A program made the position numbers and the translations under genes. From assembly GCF_964204865.1 (NCBI RefSeq), contig NC_135259.1, forward strand, positions 8,060,001-8,124,000: a stretch of DNA of 64,000 bases. The letters run 5' to 3'. Position 1 is the first letter of the stretch. Each line of letters opens with the position of its first letter. The notes beneath the pieces were generated by a model that was not told the origin of the DNA, searched no databases, and saw only the letters and a list, made by a program, of their open reading frames with translations. Origin of the DNA: Styela clava (Eukaryota). Shown here one piece after another: positions 45,391 through 57,888 of this stretch.

Positions 45391-48300
45391 ATGGAAAAGC
45401 ACATATTGAATCATCGGAAGTTACGTAATTCCTTTGGACCAGATCTTCCAATATCCGATTGTTCTCAGTCATTGAGGGGGCATTTTGATATTGGAAATGA
45501 ACTTGAGTCCAATGAAGATGACGATGAAGGTAAATGCTTATTATAATCAAATGCATAAATGAATGAAATAGATGTAAATGCTGTACTGGAAATGAATCAA
45601 ATGCCAAATATGCGTGATTATAATACTGTTGTTATTCATCATTTTAGATATTTTGAAGCGTTATTTCAATAGATAATATAGTAAGTTGTATATATGGGTG
45701 TAACTACTTGATAACAATATTGTAATACAACTCAAAATACACCACAAAACAACTTAGTTAGAACTGGATTGGAAACAAAGTTGTTCACTACAAACTACGC
45801 GTTGGTATTTCATCGTTGTTTATTCTTCTTCTGAGTTTTCTTCCTTACTTTAAAATGCAGACGGTATAGCGGAAATCGGTGCTACCAAGGGGACAGAGGC
45901 CGATGGAATCCGACACGAAAATGCAGTAGATCCGCCTGGTTAGTAAATTTGATTACATTGTTGTAGAGTGCTGTGGCGCATAATTGATTTTATATGAATT
46001 TCCTTTTTAAGTAAAATTTAAGCATTAACAAGAGTTTTCTTTCATGTTATTGCGAAACGTTCTTGTCTTGAATACATATTGTTATTCATTTGTATCACGC
46101 ACCTCAAGCGTGCACTTGTAATCGTGGCGACAGTCCAAAGAATAAAAGATTGATCAAACAATGTGGTTGTTATGTGGCACACCCACGCTACGCCCCGGGC
46201 AATTTACATATCCTTGAACAAAAAGAATAAGGGTCGATTTTAAAGTATAAGTATAAAAAATTAGTAAAATTAACATTAGTAAACCAATTATATTTATTAA
46301 ACCTGAGTACAAGATAAACTGATCTTGTATGTAAAAGCTTGTTCTATGTAAAAGTTATATGAAAGCTTAGACTCTTTATTTCAAGTAAAAATCGAAATGA
46401 AACAATTCAATAATTAACTGCAGACTACCTGTATGTTCTCATATAATATAATTTGCACCATAATTCATTTAGCATTTAACATGTACGAGTATGATGAATG
46501 CACTTAAAAAATCGTTTTTTTCAAAAGCTTGTTGACTGCTTCATATATTCATTTGTTGAATAGTGTGGGCTTATTGAACACAAAATGTAAACTATATGCT
46601 CGAATTAGATGTCGGTTATATTCTCGCTAGATTCGCAATGAATGACACATTTGTTTCATTTTAAAATATTTACTCTTAATTAAAGACCAAAATCCGCAAC
46701 ATCTAGATCACTTCCGATGAGGAGGTAACTATAGTGACCAGGATATGAAAAATACTCATCGCAAGTGCAAATTGTATTTAGTATTAACGTTGCAATTTCT
46801 TTTCTTTTTTTCTGAAAGAAAATATATTAGTATTCAAGAATTTGGAAATAGTTAGAGCTAGAATCTTTATTTCACCAGGACAAGGATCTGTATATATACC
46901 ATCAGGAGACCACTGGAACGAAGATTATAGACTTGCTACATTTGCAAAATTTCCAATAGGTTCAGCTGTTTATCCAGCAGACTTAGCATCATCGGGATTC
47001 TATTATACAGGACATAGAGATAGAGTAAAATGCTTCAGGTGGGATATTTTTAAGAGCTACCGATTTGACTGAATGCTCACAAACAATTTGAAATTGATTA
47101 CAACTTTTTTTGTGTGTTTCTCATTAATAATGAAACGCAGAGTATGCGCATTGTAATATTCAAACTTATTTTAAAAGTAAAATTTGTTGCTGCCGTATAT
47201 TAAGTTTAAAGCAAATAATTAAGAATAAATATGTATTGGAGACATTTCTTGACAATGATCTGTTCTTGCTTAAAATCAATAATGTGTTCGAACTATGTAA
47301 GTGACTTTGCGGTGTTTTGTAGTCAGTTACTAGTATATATATATATTCCCAAGCAATGGCCACAAATATCAGCACTGTTTCTTTTGAATTTACAAATTCT
47401 ATAACAAAATTTATCCTCCGGCACCGCATTGACGATTTCAGCTGTGGAATCGCAGTAGAAAACTGGATCATTGGCGACGACGGACGAGATCCTGTGTGGC
47501 ACACAAGTGATTGTCTAATGGTTAACGGAAGAGCAGAATCCAACGTTCCTCGCGAATTTTTCAGATATCAAACATTTTTACCACAACGTCAAATGACAAA
47601 TAATACTGGAGGAACAGGGGTTTCCAATTCTGCGAGCGCGGTAAGAGTTAATATGGAAAGTTCAATCTATAGGGAATAGTAACACAAATGAATCAGAGAA
47701 ATTTAAATAGCAGTCTTCTGCTGTTATTTTGTGGAAGAAATTCAGCGCGAAAACATCACAATTTCAATAAATAAATGCAGATTTTGGGGTAATTTTTGTT
47801 TTTTATTCAGGCAAGGCACCATCAGTGGCATTCCGTCGCCCAGCAACCATTCCTTGCATGCTCGGGTAAGTTTTTATTTTATTTTGGCGGTATTCTATAA
47901 GGAAGTTGTAAATATTCAAATGAACATACAGGGTGAACTCCGAAAAACGGAACCTTTAAATTTTCCTAAGGACTTCCACGAAAATAGTGTAAAGTATTCA
48001 ATTTCATCTACACTTGAACAGTTCATATATGATTGCATGCAAAGTGTTTTTTAATCCTTTTCAAATGCCAACCTCGGCGTTGGACACAGACTTACATCCG
48101 TTAAGCAAAATAATCAATCACTCGCACACACTTTTCTATAGGAATTTCGCTGATTATTATTATAATTGCACCCTTGAGTTTACCAATTGTTTGAAAAGAT
48201 GACAATTTCGCGCGACGGATGCAAATCTGTCTCAATGCCGAGGAGGTAAAATTGGAACATAGTCTAGCAAGAACATAACTTTTGTTGACAGCGTCCTAGA

Positions 48301-51300
48301 TTTATGAAAATCTTGGTTATAATAGATACACAAACAGAAGTTCAAGTGCAAACAAAATTAAATATATTGTTTACATTTTCGTAGAAGAAATTTAAAAAAA
48401 TTATGAGTCCTGTTTAATTATGGATCACCATTGTATCAATAAAAATTATATTGTTTTCTATCTTTTATACTAAATACGCGTTAACATTTTTGTTCATAGC
48501 GAGTATCCAAGTGGCTGACGATTTATCAACTGATAGATATGCTCATCCTAGAAACATGCCAAACCAACAACAGGAGTTTGAGGTATGGAAACCGATGACT
48601 CTTTTTATTAACTTTGCTTGACTGAGTGTTTTTATCTTGCCTAATTTTTATTCTTAAAACACATGTAATAGCAAAACGAAATAATGTTTCTGTTTCAAAT
48701 CTAGGAATTACGCTTGGGAGAAATACATTCTGAAGAACATGAACGTTTGATATTTTCTCTTGATTTAAGAAATGAGGAACACAGAAGGTACAATGAATAT
48801 TTTGAAAAGTTTTGCTTCATTCTTGCACAAATTTACTCCTGTAAATTCGTTTCGTTTGACTATATAACACCTTTACAGAAAACCAGTGTCATTTTTTAAT
48901 TTCCGATTCTAAAATTCATTCTGATGTAATATATTTGCAGAAAAACTTTTGCCAAATGGCCTTCTCATCCAGCACCAGAACTTCCAGCTAAGTTAGCAGC
49001 AGAAGGTTTCTTCTATCTTGGCAATTTAGACCGGGCACAGTGTTTTTCTTGCTCTGGCATCCTCAGAAATTGGACCAGAAATGATGAACCACGAAGAGAA
49101 CACAGGAAACATTTCCCGAATTGCAAGTGAGTATTAAATGTGTTACCGTTGTAAAATAACATCATGAATAGAATTATAGCAATGGCAGTTTGTTGAAACT
49201 CCTGATGTCTTTCACTGATATTTACTTAATAGTGAGGAAAAGTTAGACTGTAATATGACATTGTTAAGTTCCGATGCAATCGTCTCCACTTGTACTTTCA
49301 CATACATTAACTTCCACAAAATTTGAATATCCAAGGCCTTGCGGTTGTTTTGATAATCACTTACATCTTCCATTTAAGCATTTATGATTGTGTTGAAGTA
49401 AAATGTACGGTTGTAGTAAATCACATCCACAATATCCCCGAATTTTTCAGACAATAGTAAACTTCTTCATTGTTCGATATGCAAATATTACAAACAAAAG
49501 ACGAATGTGGAATGTAACTATGGATTTTAATGTTATTTAACCCCTCTGTATTAATAGTATGTGAATTTAATGAATATGTCTGTGCCCTATTTTTCCCGAT
49601 TATGAATTATTGGGACAAGTGACAAGTACTAGCAATGCTTCTCTGTTTTCGACTGTTCTTTGTATCGACCAATTTGTGACGTGTTTCCGGCTTCCGTTTG
49701 AGAGTTGAGAATTTAGTGTTTTTCCTGTTTTGTGTTGCTTACTGATTTAAATTTCAACCATATAGTTGGTATTAAGATTTGGGTGTATATTTTAATATAT
49801 CTGTTTGGATTCAATTTCATCGTGCAAATTTACAATATAGGAACATTTGGCATTACAATACATTGTGTGCTTATTGAACTATGAGGAGTCAGTTGGGGTT
49901 TCACTCCGCTAACGTGGGTTTAACAATACGAGAGTAAGGACAAGCAGATTGGGACAACTATTCTACTATAAAACCTTTCGGATACACACTATAAAATCAT
50001 ATATATATAAGATTGTGCTTTTTACATTAGTTATCTTACGCGATATTATCGCCAATGTTGCCGTAGATACATACAGCTTTACTACAAAAATGGGTTATTC
50101 AACAAATACAACAACTTTCAAATATACAGAATAATAACTGGGATTGAAACGAGAAATATACCAATGACGGACATAGAAAGACAACGAATTGACTTTGAAG
50201 AAAAGCTTCGTTTAGATTCTCTCAGTTCTGAGCAAGAACCTGCAAATCCCACTTCAGACGAGCAGCTATATCTAGAAAATCATTTCAAGTGTCTTCATCC
50301 GTTGAATCCCCATATGCAAAACATTGAAGATCGAATCGCATCGTTTGGACCCGAATGGCCAGGTCATAGACTAAAGGCAACAGTTCGGAGCATTGCAAAC
50401 GCTGGCTTTTTCTACTTAGGTACGTTTACTAGTTTCATCTGGTTAGAACTAGAAACATTAGTTATATTGCAATTTGCAAAATGGCATCATCAATTACGGT
50501 CACCCTTAAATTGTTATTGTTAAATATCAATTACGGTCACCTTTAAATTGTTATTGTTAAATTAGTAAATCAGACAACTGCTGCTAATGTATTCTAAAAA
50601 TCTAATATTTACATCGCTTGCTATAGTAACTTTGTATTGTTATAAAATTGTGTTATCCACTTTAATACTTAGGCCAAGGGGACCGGACGAAATGTTTTTA
50701 CTGCAATGGGGGTTTGCAAAACTGGGATGAAGGGGATGAGCCGTGGACTGAGCATGCTAAATGGTTCCCGGGGTAAGTTCGGATATAGCTATACCTCCAA
50801 AACTGAAACCTTCAATAGATTCGTATTCTACTTATATTCACATACTTACTGAATATTGCTGTAAAATTGAGTTCTACTAATCTGAATTTTTTTATAATGC
50901 TTCGGATTTACCCCATAATATTCGCACTGCCTAGTATAATCGGATAAAAGCATGTTTTAAAAAAAATTTTGGTTGCTGTTATAGATGCGAGTATGTTCTG
51001 CGTCGCAAAGGAGTTAATTTGGTCAAAAGATTGCTAGAAGAGCATCCTAATATTCGAAGACCAATAATAAGAAATCATTGTTCCTACGACATACCGCCAC
51101 CACCTGTCGGCGAACATGTTGGAGTAGCTCAAGGCCCGCCTGTTCCGATCCCTGCATTTCAAAATCCCAAGAAAGGTAGCAAATTTTTTTTATTTTTTAT
51201 TTTTTAGAATATGATAATTGTTGTTGTTGGAATAAATAAACTAATTTTATAAACTTTGATTGTGATTTTATTTTCCTCGCAGATACTGCGCAAGTATTAC

Positions 51301-51470
51301 GTAATCTTCAATCGGAACGAATTTGCAAAGGATGTTCCTCACAAGAGTCAGATCATCTTTGCATGCCTTGTAGCCACCTGTCATTATGTTCCCGTTGTGC
51401 TGCAACTAATAAAAAATGTCCTACTTGCAATACAAAAATTGGAAGTACCATAAAAATATTTCGCACTTGA
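45391..51470 (+). CDS. Inhibitor of apoptosis protein (3 BIR domains plus C-terminal RING), about 583 aa; exons 45391-45529, 45861-45938, 46879-47038, 47442-47640, 47811-47865, 48500-48582, 48705-48787, 48941-49126, 50130-50419, 50673-50772, 50985-51175, 51283-51470
   Basis: All 12 exons join in phase. BIR1 [29 protein letters not shown]; BIR2 [38 protein letters not shown]; BIR3 [49 protein letters not shown]; [23 protein letters not shown]. Confidence 0.95.
47929..48433 (-). mobile_element. Internally deleted Tc1/mariner element in IAP intron 5
   Basis: Ends TA-CAGGGTGAACTCC and GGATCACCATTG-TA. The minus strand retains a decayed transposase C-terminus [12 protein letters not shown] (compare R...C....GGHFE). 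Confidence 0.65.
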
Positions 51471-52849
51471 AAAGTTGGGAAGGCAAAGTATGATGTTATT
51501 ATCATAGACTCGAAACTCAGCTAATTTCGCCAATCAAAGTAAAAGTATTCACGTATTTTGAAGCATAGAGAACTGCATACTGACAACGGAAACATGACAA
51601 GGATAATTTCGACTCAAATTTTCGTAATCGCGTAATCGAAAGAAACAGAAAACTATTTCTGATTTCTCGTGATTGCCCTGTTAAACGTCGCGGAAATGTT
51701 ACAAATATCGGCCATACAAAATAATAGACGTTTTAGTCTCTACTATTTCTAGTTCTGACTTAATAGAAGCAGTTACTAGCTATTCGTACTATTCATTTTA
51801 AGCCCAAATGTTAAAGTTAAAAGAAGAACTGATGGTTTCCAGATCTTTCCCATGATAGAAAACAGGAAACAGACATTTTGAATACAACTCGCTAGTGCTG
51901 GTATTTTTGCAGACGTGCTAACGTTTCTGCAAAGAGGGAACTTATATATAAATTGAATGCAGCAATGTATGAACTTTGACATATACATACAACGTAGGAG
52001 GTGAACATATTTGTTTGCAGAAGATAAAGTCACCAACGCAACCGCTTCATTAAACTGAACTTTGCACGTAACTATATTTACTCTCCAATAAAATGAGTTC
52101 AGCAAATAATTGTCTGCAGGTCCGGGTAATGTCCCAAGATATAAGTATCGGGGAAAGATTGTTGATTGAGTTACTGTAATTGTACATTTACGTCATGTGA
52201 CAACTTACATACAGTACACAATTTCAAATTCAACTACATTTGATTAATGTTAAACAGTTAATAATTCAACAAGAATGCTTATTATGCACGCTGTATCTGC
52301 ATTTTCTGTGAAGCACCGATTTGACGCATCATGTCATTTAGTGATTGAATTGCAAATGGCTCTGAGCAACTTAATCTGAACGAAATAGCGGATAACGTTC
52401 TGATAGTCAAAGTTTATTTTTTTAATTTGATACAAAACTGTTAATGCTATTACTTGCATTATCAAGTACCGTTTTTTCTGCTGCTCTGCGGTGTCATTTG
52501 TCATGCTGGAAACATATTTTTTAGGAATTTGACGAAAAAATTTAATACTTGTTCAGTACAATTGAGGCTTGTTTAAAATTTTCGTGCACAATTTTTCTAA
52601 CTTCAATATATTTGTTATAGAAGTTGAGTATAAATGCTAAAAAGCTTGCAAAAGTTGTTTCAGATTTATACTATTTGATGCGTATATTATTGATCTTTGT
52701 CTCAATAGTGCATATCTATGGCCAAATTCAGCAATACTAAAATGATAGTAAGTCATGTACTATTAAAATTAAAATTTTGTAATTGTTCTTCTTTCTATGC
52801 TTTGTAATTCTGTATTTCCCAACGGAATTCAGTTCACAACAGTTCACAG

Positions 52850-53065
52850 ACCTCATTGCGTAAATGTTCTCGAGTCAGCTGCCTCATAAAACCACTACCT
52901 GGACCTGGTGAATCCCCCGAAAATTGTCGAGGAAAACATTCGAGAACAAAGAACCCAGGTTCCACGAATTCAAGAAGTAATAAACAGCATCTATTTATCT
53001 TTGTATTCGCCAAACTGAAAAATTACATGGGGGTGCTTTACTAGGTTCATACTATATAAACTCCA
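52850..53065 (+). promoter_or_regulatory. Conserved upstream block of the duplicated orphan gene, with C/EBP-like, kappaB-like and TATA motifs; homolog at about 61218-61430
   Basis: GACCTCATTGCGTAAATG and CCTGGTGAATCCCCCGAAAATTGTC are identical in both copies while flanks diverge; TATATAA at about 53053 and about 61419. Confidence 0.5.
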
Positions 53066-53739
53066 GTAAGCTCAATTGTTATATAATATCAAAAAATTCT
53101 TTCAAGAATAATGATGTAATCAGTAAAAAATATTAAAATCACAACAATTCCCAAAACCACACATTCAAACTGCAAATCAAATTCTGCATCTGTCAGATTT
53201 TCATATTATACATCTTGTTTATCCTAAATACGTATATATACCACACTGCAACCATAATCATTGTTTTCAAAATTGTAACCGGTGGTCGAGTATGTGATTC
53301 TATTGCAGAGTTTCATTGTCACTCAGTTCTGTGATGTTTAGTAAAGACGTCACCTTTTTATTTTCATTATAAAACTTGATTTAAACTTATGTTGAGTATT
53401 ACAGTGTCGTTAAATCTATTCAGCGAATTTTCTAAACATCTAAATTCTAAACCAACAAAATGTATTTAGCGTCGTATGCTACTTTAAAAGGATTCTAATG
53501 AATTCTTTTTCATAGATACATTAGTTTTTATTATTGAATGGCTCGTTTTCAATCTATGTCTATATTGCTCTAGTTTCTATCATGAAAGAATAATCGATCT
53601 TGAGAACATTATACCTAATTTTATTTTTTCAATTTTCAGCATTAATGCTATTTAAAATGTAAAAGTAAATTGTGTTGGATTTGAACAAATTTATTCAAAC
53701 TGATTTTCTTAGTATATCGCCTTCGTAAAAATTACTGTC

Positions 53740-54809
53740 ATGGGAGATATACAACCAGAAGTAAATTCAACTACATCCGACCCATCATATCAGGAAGAAA
53801 TATCAAATCAATTACCAATCCAAGAATGTGCGGACCAGAGACAGAGTGAGTATCTTACAGCCATTTCCATATTTTAATAATTTTCATAAAATATTAAAAA
53901 ATTGCTTCGTTGTAATACACAGAAAAATGTTTCCGCTGAACTTTTTGCAGTGCTGGGGTTTTCAAAACAATACGTTCAACCGTTTAGCAGATATTGAATA
54001 GAAAAACATATTTAAAATTCAATATTTTGAAGTTTACTAATTACTGAGTCCCTAAAAAAAACTAAAGAGGTATGTTGATGATGAATATGTGGAGATCACT
54101 TAAGATCATGAAACGGTGCATATTCGTATATATTTCACCTTTTTACTATATTCGATCTAGGGTCCAATTTTAATTTTTACATATGCCTTACCGTTTAAAA
54201 GCAATAATTTTCTCTTTTACTGAATATTAGTTTACAACTAGGCTAAATACTGTTGATAAGGCCCAATCAACAAAATCACTTATATTTCATAGATGATAAA
54301 AATAGCCAAAAACCAACACCTGATGTCCCGAATTCTTTGATCAATGAACCGAATCAGAAAGGAAGTAATTCCTGCGTTCGCTGTGAAGGCAATTGCAAAA
54401 GAGCATGCATTGCTGCAGGCCGCCCAGAATCTGCTAGGTATATTTAATATTCGATATATTTAATAGCCGTGGATTTTGCTGACATATAACGGCACTTTAT
54501 TTTACCAAATTGAATATTTTATATAAGTTTATTTATGTATCGAACATTTTGTGGATCTATTTTAATATGGCTTATATGCTGGGTCAATCGAATAGAGCTT
54601 CATGGATTGACTGATAACATCTGTTGTAGCTAGAGACAAATTTAATATCCTCCGTGAAAAGATCGAACGAAAATATTCTATATTATGATATTTTGCAGTC
54701 GGAATAAAGTAGATTTCAATTACGGTAATTTTTGTTTTCTGATAAACAGAGCCGCTGAACAAGTCGTCAACGGAGATTCAGACTCGGATTCAACTAGAGA
54801 CTATGTACG
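53740..54809 (+). CDS. Small orphan protein, copy 1; exons 53740-53845, 54293-54437, 54750-54809; 3' end uncertain, possible last exon 60152-60233
   Basis: Phase-consistent exons conserved with copy 2: MGDIQPEVNSTTSDPSYQEEISNQLPIQECADQRQ/NDKNSQKPTPDV..CVRCEGNCKRACIAAGRPESA/RAAEQVVNGDSDSDSTRDYV. Indels between copies are multiples of 3. Confidence 0.75.
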
Positions 54810-54886
54810 GTATGTTTATAACTTTTGCGACAAAACCCCAAATCCGGAATGGTCAGTACGAATTGCAGTTATCTGAATAGAATAGT

Positions 54887-55575
54887 CAAGCTTGTCCATG
54901 GGAGACAATTTTCTGCCCCATCCCATCCCGTAGCAATTTATGCCTGTCACATCCTATGTACAAAGAGATATGCAATACGACAAATTATTTATTGACTTTG
55001 TCAAACTTCAGAAGTATCGTTTGACTATCGCAATTGAGTATCATCCTGCCACTCTTATTCTACTTCTGAGTTCAGCAGATTTCTTGCTCATCGACTGTTT
55101 TTAATGAATAAGATAATCCGGGTAATTTCTGAATCATTTTCTTAGTTTTCATGTTACATGCGAATCTGATGTATACGGCGTTTATAACAAGAGCAGGTAA
55201 AATTCCTTTTCTGTAAGTTACTCTCCAACAATCCGGCTGCACAAAATAAGCACCCCACTGCTGCCAATGGCACTGGTATGGCCAAAAACAATTTTCGCAC
55301 CAGGTTTTCGCAGTGGAGACGTGTGTTCATTTTTCGAATAATCTATTAGTTGTGAATTTGGTTGTCGTAATTTTTAAAACAAAATAAATAATAGACACAG
55401 TATATAGAGAAAAATGGAGAGTAAAAAACATTTGAAAAGTAAAAAGTATAAAGACTAAGTTTAGCTCTGACGTAATCAATTTGCTATGACATGGATACTG
55501 TCCCATGGGAAATACTAATGTGTACTGTCTCTACGCATGCGATGTTTCTCATGAGATTCCAACGGGACAAGTCTG
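54887..55575. mobile_element. hAT-type MITE with a perfect 8-bp TSD
   Basis: Ends CAAGCTTGTCC / GGACAAGTCTG; TSD AGAATAGT at 54879-54886 and 55576-55583; subterminal CCCATGGGA motifs. Confidence 0.8.
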
Positions 55576-55595
55576 AGAATAGTTGAAAAGTTAGT

Positions 55596-56201
55596 CAGGG
55601 TGGTCCAAACCCAGGCCCGCGGGCCACATGTGGCCCGCCGCTTCATTATCTGTGACCCGCGTCACATTCGGAGAGTAATCATTAAATCGCATTTCGTTAT
55701 GTTTCGTAATAAAATTGCCCAGAAAAATATTTTGACATATTGTTACATCACTAATGTCACTGAATTGACTAGTGTTATGGCTAGCCGAGGCAACTAGCGA
55801 AGTTGAATGATGTGCGTGGCAGTCTATTTTATTATCTGGCTTTCTATCTTTTTGGTCGGGAATATATGCTAACGATATAGGCATCATAGAAAACTAAAAA
55901 TCGAAGGCGGATTATATTAGCCTGGGATGGCTATGTCCAGTAGTGGGATTCAGCCGGTTGGCACCGGTTCTATAGAACCGTCTCACGGAATTTTATGAGA
56001 TCTGCGAACCGGTTAGCATTACATGACTTTTTGTAACAGAACCGCCTGGAAATTCGACATTTGTATGGTGGATCGACTGACAAAAAATTTGAATTCCACC
56101 ACTCGCTATGTCTGATAACCATGTGTTTGCTTTGTATTGTACTATTTATCTATTCTTGGCACTATTGTGGCCCGCGGAGCCGACAACCTTGGACCACCCT
56201 G
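55596..56201. mobile_element. hAT (Charlie-like) MITE, absent from duplicate copy 2
   Basis: TIR CAGGGTGGTCCAA / TTGGACCACCCTG; near-TSD AGTTAG(A)T; empty site near 63502. Confidence 0.85.
55938..56104. mobile_element. Small hAT-type MITE nested in the preceding MITE
   Basis: Ends CAGTAGTGGGATTCA / TGAATTCCACCACTC; perfect 8-bp TSD GCTATGTC. Confidence 0.8.
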
Positions 56202-57574
56202 AGTTAGATGATATGATAAATATAGTAAGTCAATGTGGTACATGTTTGTAACATGAAGCAACAACAACAGACAATACTGAAATGTATGAACACGAAAATC
56301 GAACGTCTCACCGCAGTATCGCAGCCTAGAACTTACACTAAAATTCGTTATCTGATCTATCAAAATCTCTAAAGATTGTGAATCAATTTCCACTTCGGTA
56401 GCTATTCACAGCTGGTAAGACCATGACTAAGTGGGGAGCATCGGCTTTGTGGGAAGATATCCGACTGGTTTGTCACATGATGTTATTTTAGAAAATATCG
56501 CACGTCATAAGAATCAGCGAGAATGGAATAATAATCATTTAGCAGCTTTTAACCATTTTTAAATACTGAAAATTTGAAAAGGATTAGTATATTAGTTTCT
56601 GAGAAAAGCGACTTTTTCCGACTACAAATGCCATTCCATCAGAAACAATTTAAGAAAGCCATCCATTCCGTGTCTAATAAGATAACCGTAGAATAAATTA
56701 GATCAAAATAAAAACATGTTTCATAACCCATAAACATAATGGTTTTTACACGACAAATGCGTTCAACAATTTTTGAAATAATGTTGGAATATTGAAATTT
56801 TCTAACATTCCGATTTTTTTTAAAATTTAAAACACTTCAATAACAAGAGAAACACAGAAATACTGAAAGGTATCCTAATGTATATATAAAAAGGTCCATT
56901 CATAGTAATATAGTAGGGTTACACGACAGATTCGAATTGGTAAATATTTGTTGACTATTTATCAAGTTCAGTCAGAGATAATTGTGAAACGGTTTCTTCT
57001 TTAGTAAAGATTAACTTCAGTCAGGTTTACGATACAGAACACAGTCGTTAAAAAAGAAATAGAGTAGGGACAAATGGAATATCATTGCAAGTGATTGGAA
57101 TGTTGAAGATGACATTTAGGATTCAAGTACAACGCTGTATTGTTGGAATGTTGTGGGATGTTACTCTCGCTAATTTATCCTACGACACTGTAACAATTGG
57201 AAGGTGGAACGATGGAATAACGGCAGTGTATCTAAATTCTTCATATATTTTTGTGGGATTTATTCGAGACATAATAAGTTCCTCCTCCTACTCTCATAAT
57301 AAGTTTGTCAATGTCGTCATACCAATGAAAGAAAGCAAACTATTAGTTTTTCGATGAATTCAAAATGCAATGCAAGAAGGAACGAAAAATCGACGAGGAT
57401 ATGTAAAACAAAACACGTTGTATGACGGCACAAATCAACCAGTACATTTACAGACTTTAAGGTGCCCAGTACGTTCGATATATAGCGAATGTGTATTATC
57501 TTTGTTATATATATACATATTATATGTATACTCAAATATACCAATTTCAACGATGAGGTAGAAAAATCTTCGAG

Positions 57575-57888
57575 CAGTGCTTCTCAAGCATTTTAGGCCG
57601 CGCCCCCTTTTTAGAATTAATCAAGTCTCGCGTCCCATCTCAAAAATAACTAGCTAACAATAAGCTTAAAACTACAGATAGTAAGGCGAAAGTATATATG
57701 TTTTATTCATAAAACACGTTGAAAGTAAATAGATGAAACGTAAATATTAAAATGAACAAAGCGTTTTGAAACGTCAAAAATAAGGTGGCCAAGTTCAAAT
57801 CTAACAAATATTTTTATTTTTAACTTCATGCCTCCTCAAAAATTGTCTAGCATCCTATGCGGCGCGCCCCGCCGTTTGAGAACCACTA
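57575..57888. mobile_element. hAT-type MITE
   Basis: Ends CAGTGCTTCTCAA / TTGAGAACCACT, with subterminal CGCGCCCC motifs. Confidence 0.6.

Larger units (their letters stand above)
52396..56678 (+). repeat. Copy 1 of a diverged tandem segmental duplication; copy 2 runs from about 60778 to the window end
   Basis: Collinear similarity from ACGTTCTGATA..AATTTGATACAAAACTG (52396 / 60778) to CCATCCATT.CGTGTC.AAT (about 56660 / 63981), covering promoter, exons and introns. Confidence 0.9.

Noticed and set aside
46686-46724. Extra IAP exon with an AG|GTAACT donor
   Set aside because: In the required phase it contains a stop, and the flanking exons join correctly without it.
57085-57561. Two consecutive same-frame ORFs separated by one stop codon
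   Set aside because: No recognisable domain or convincing splice sites, and the counterpart in copy 2 lies outside the window.
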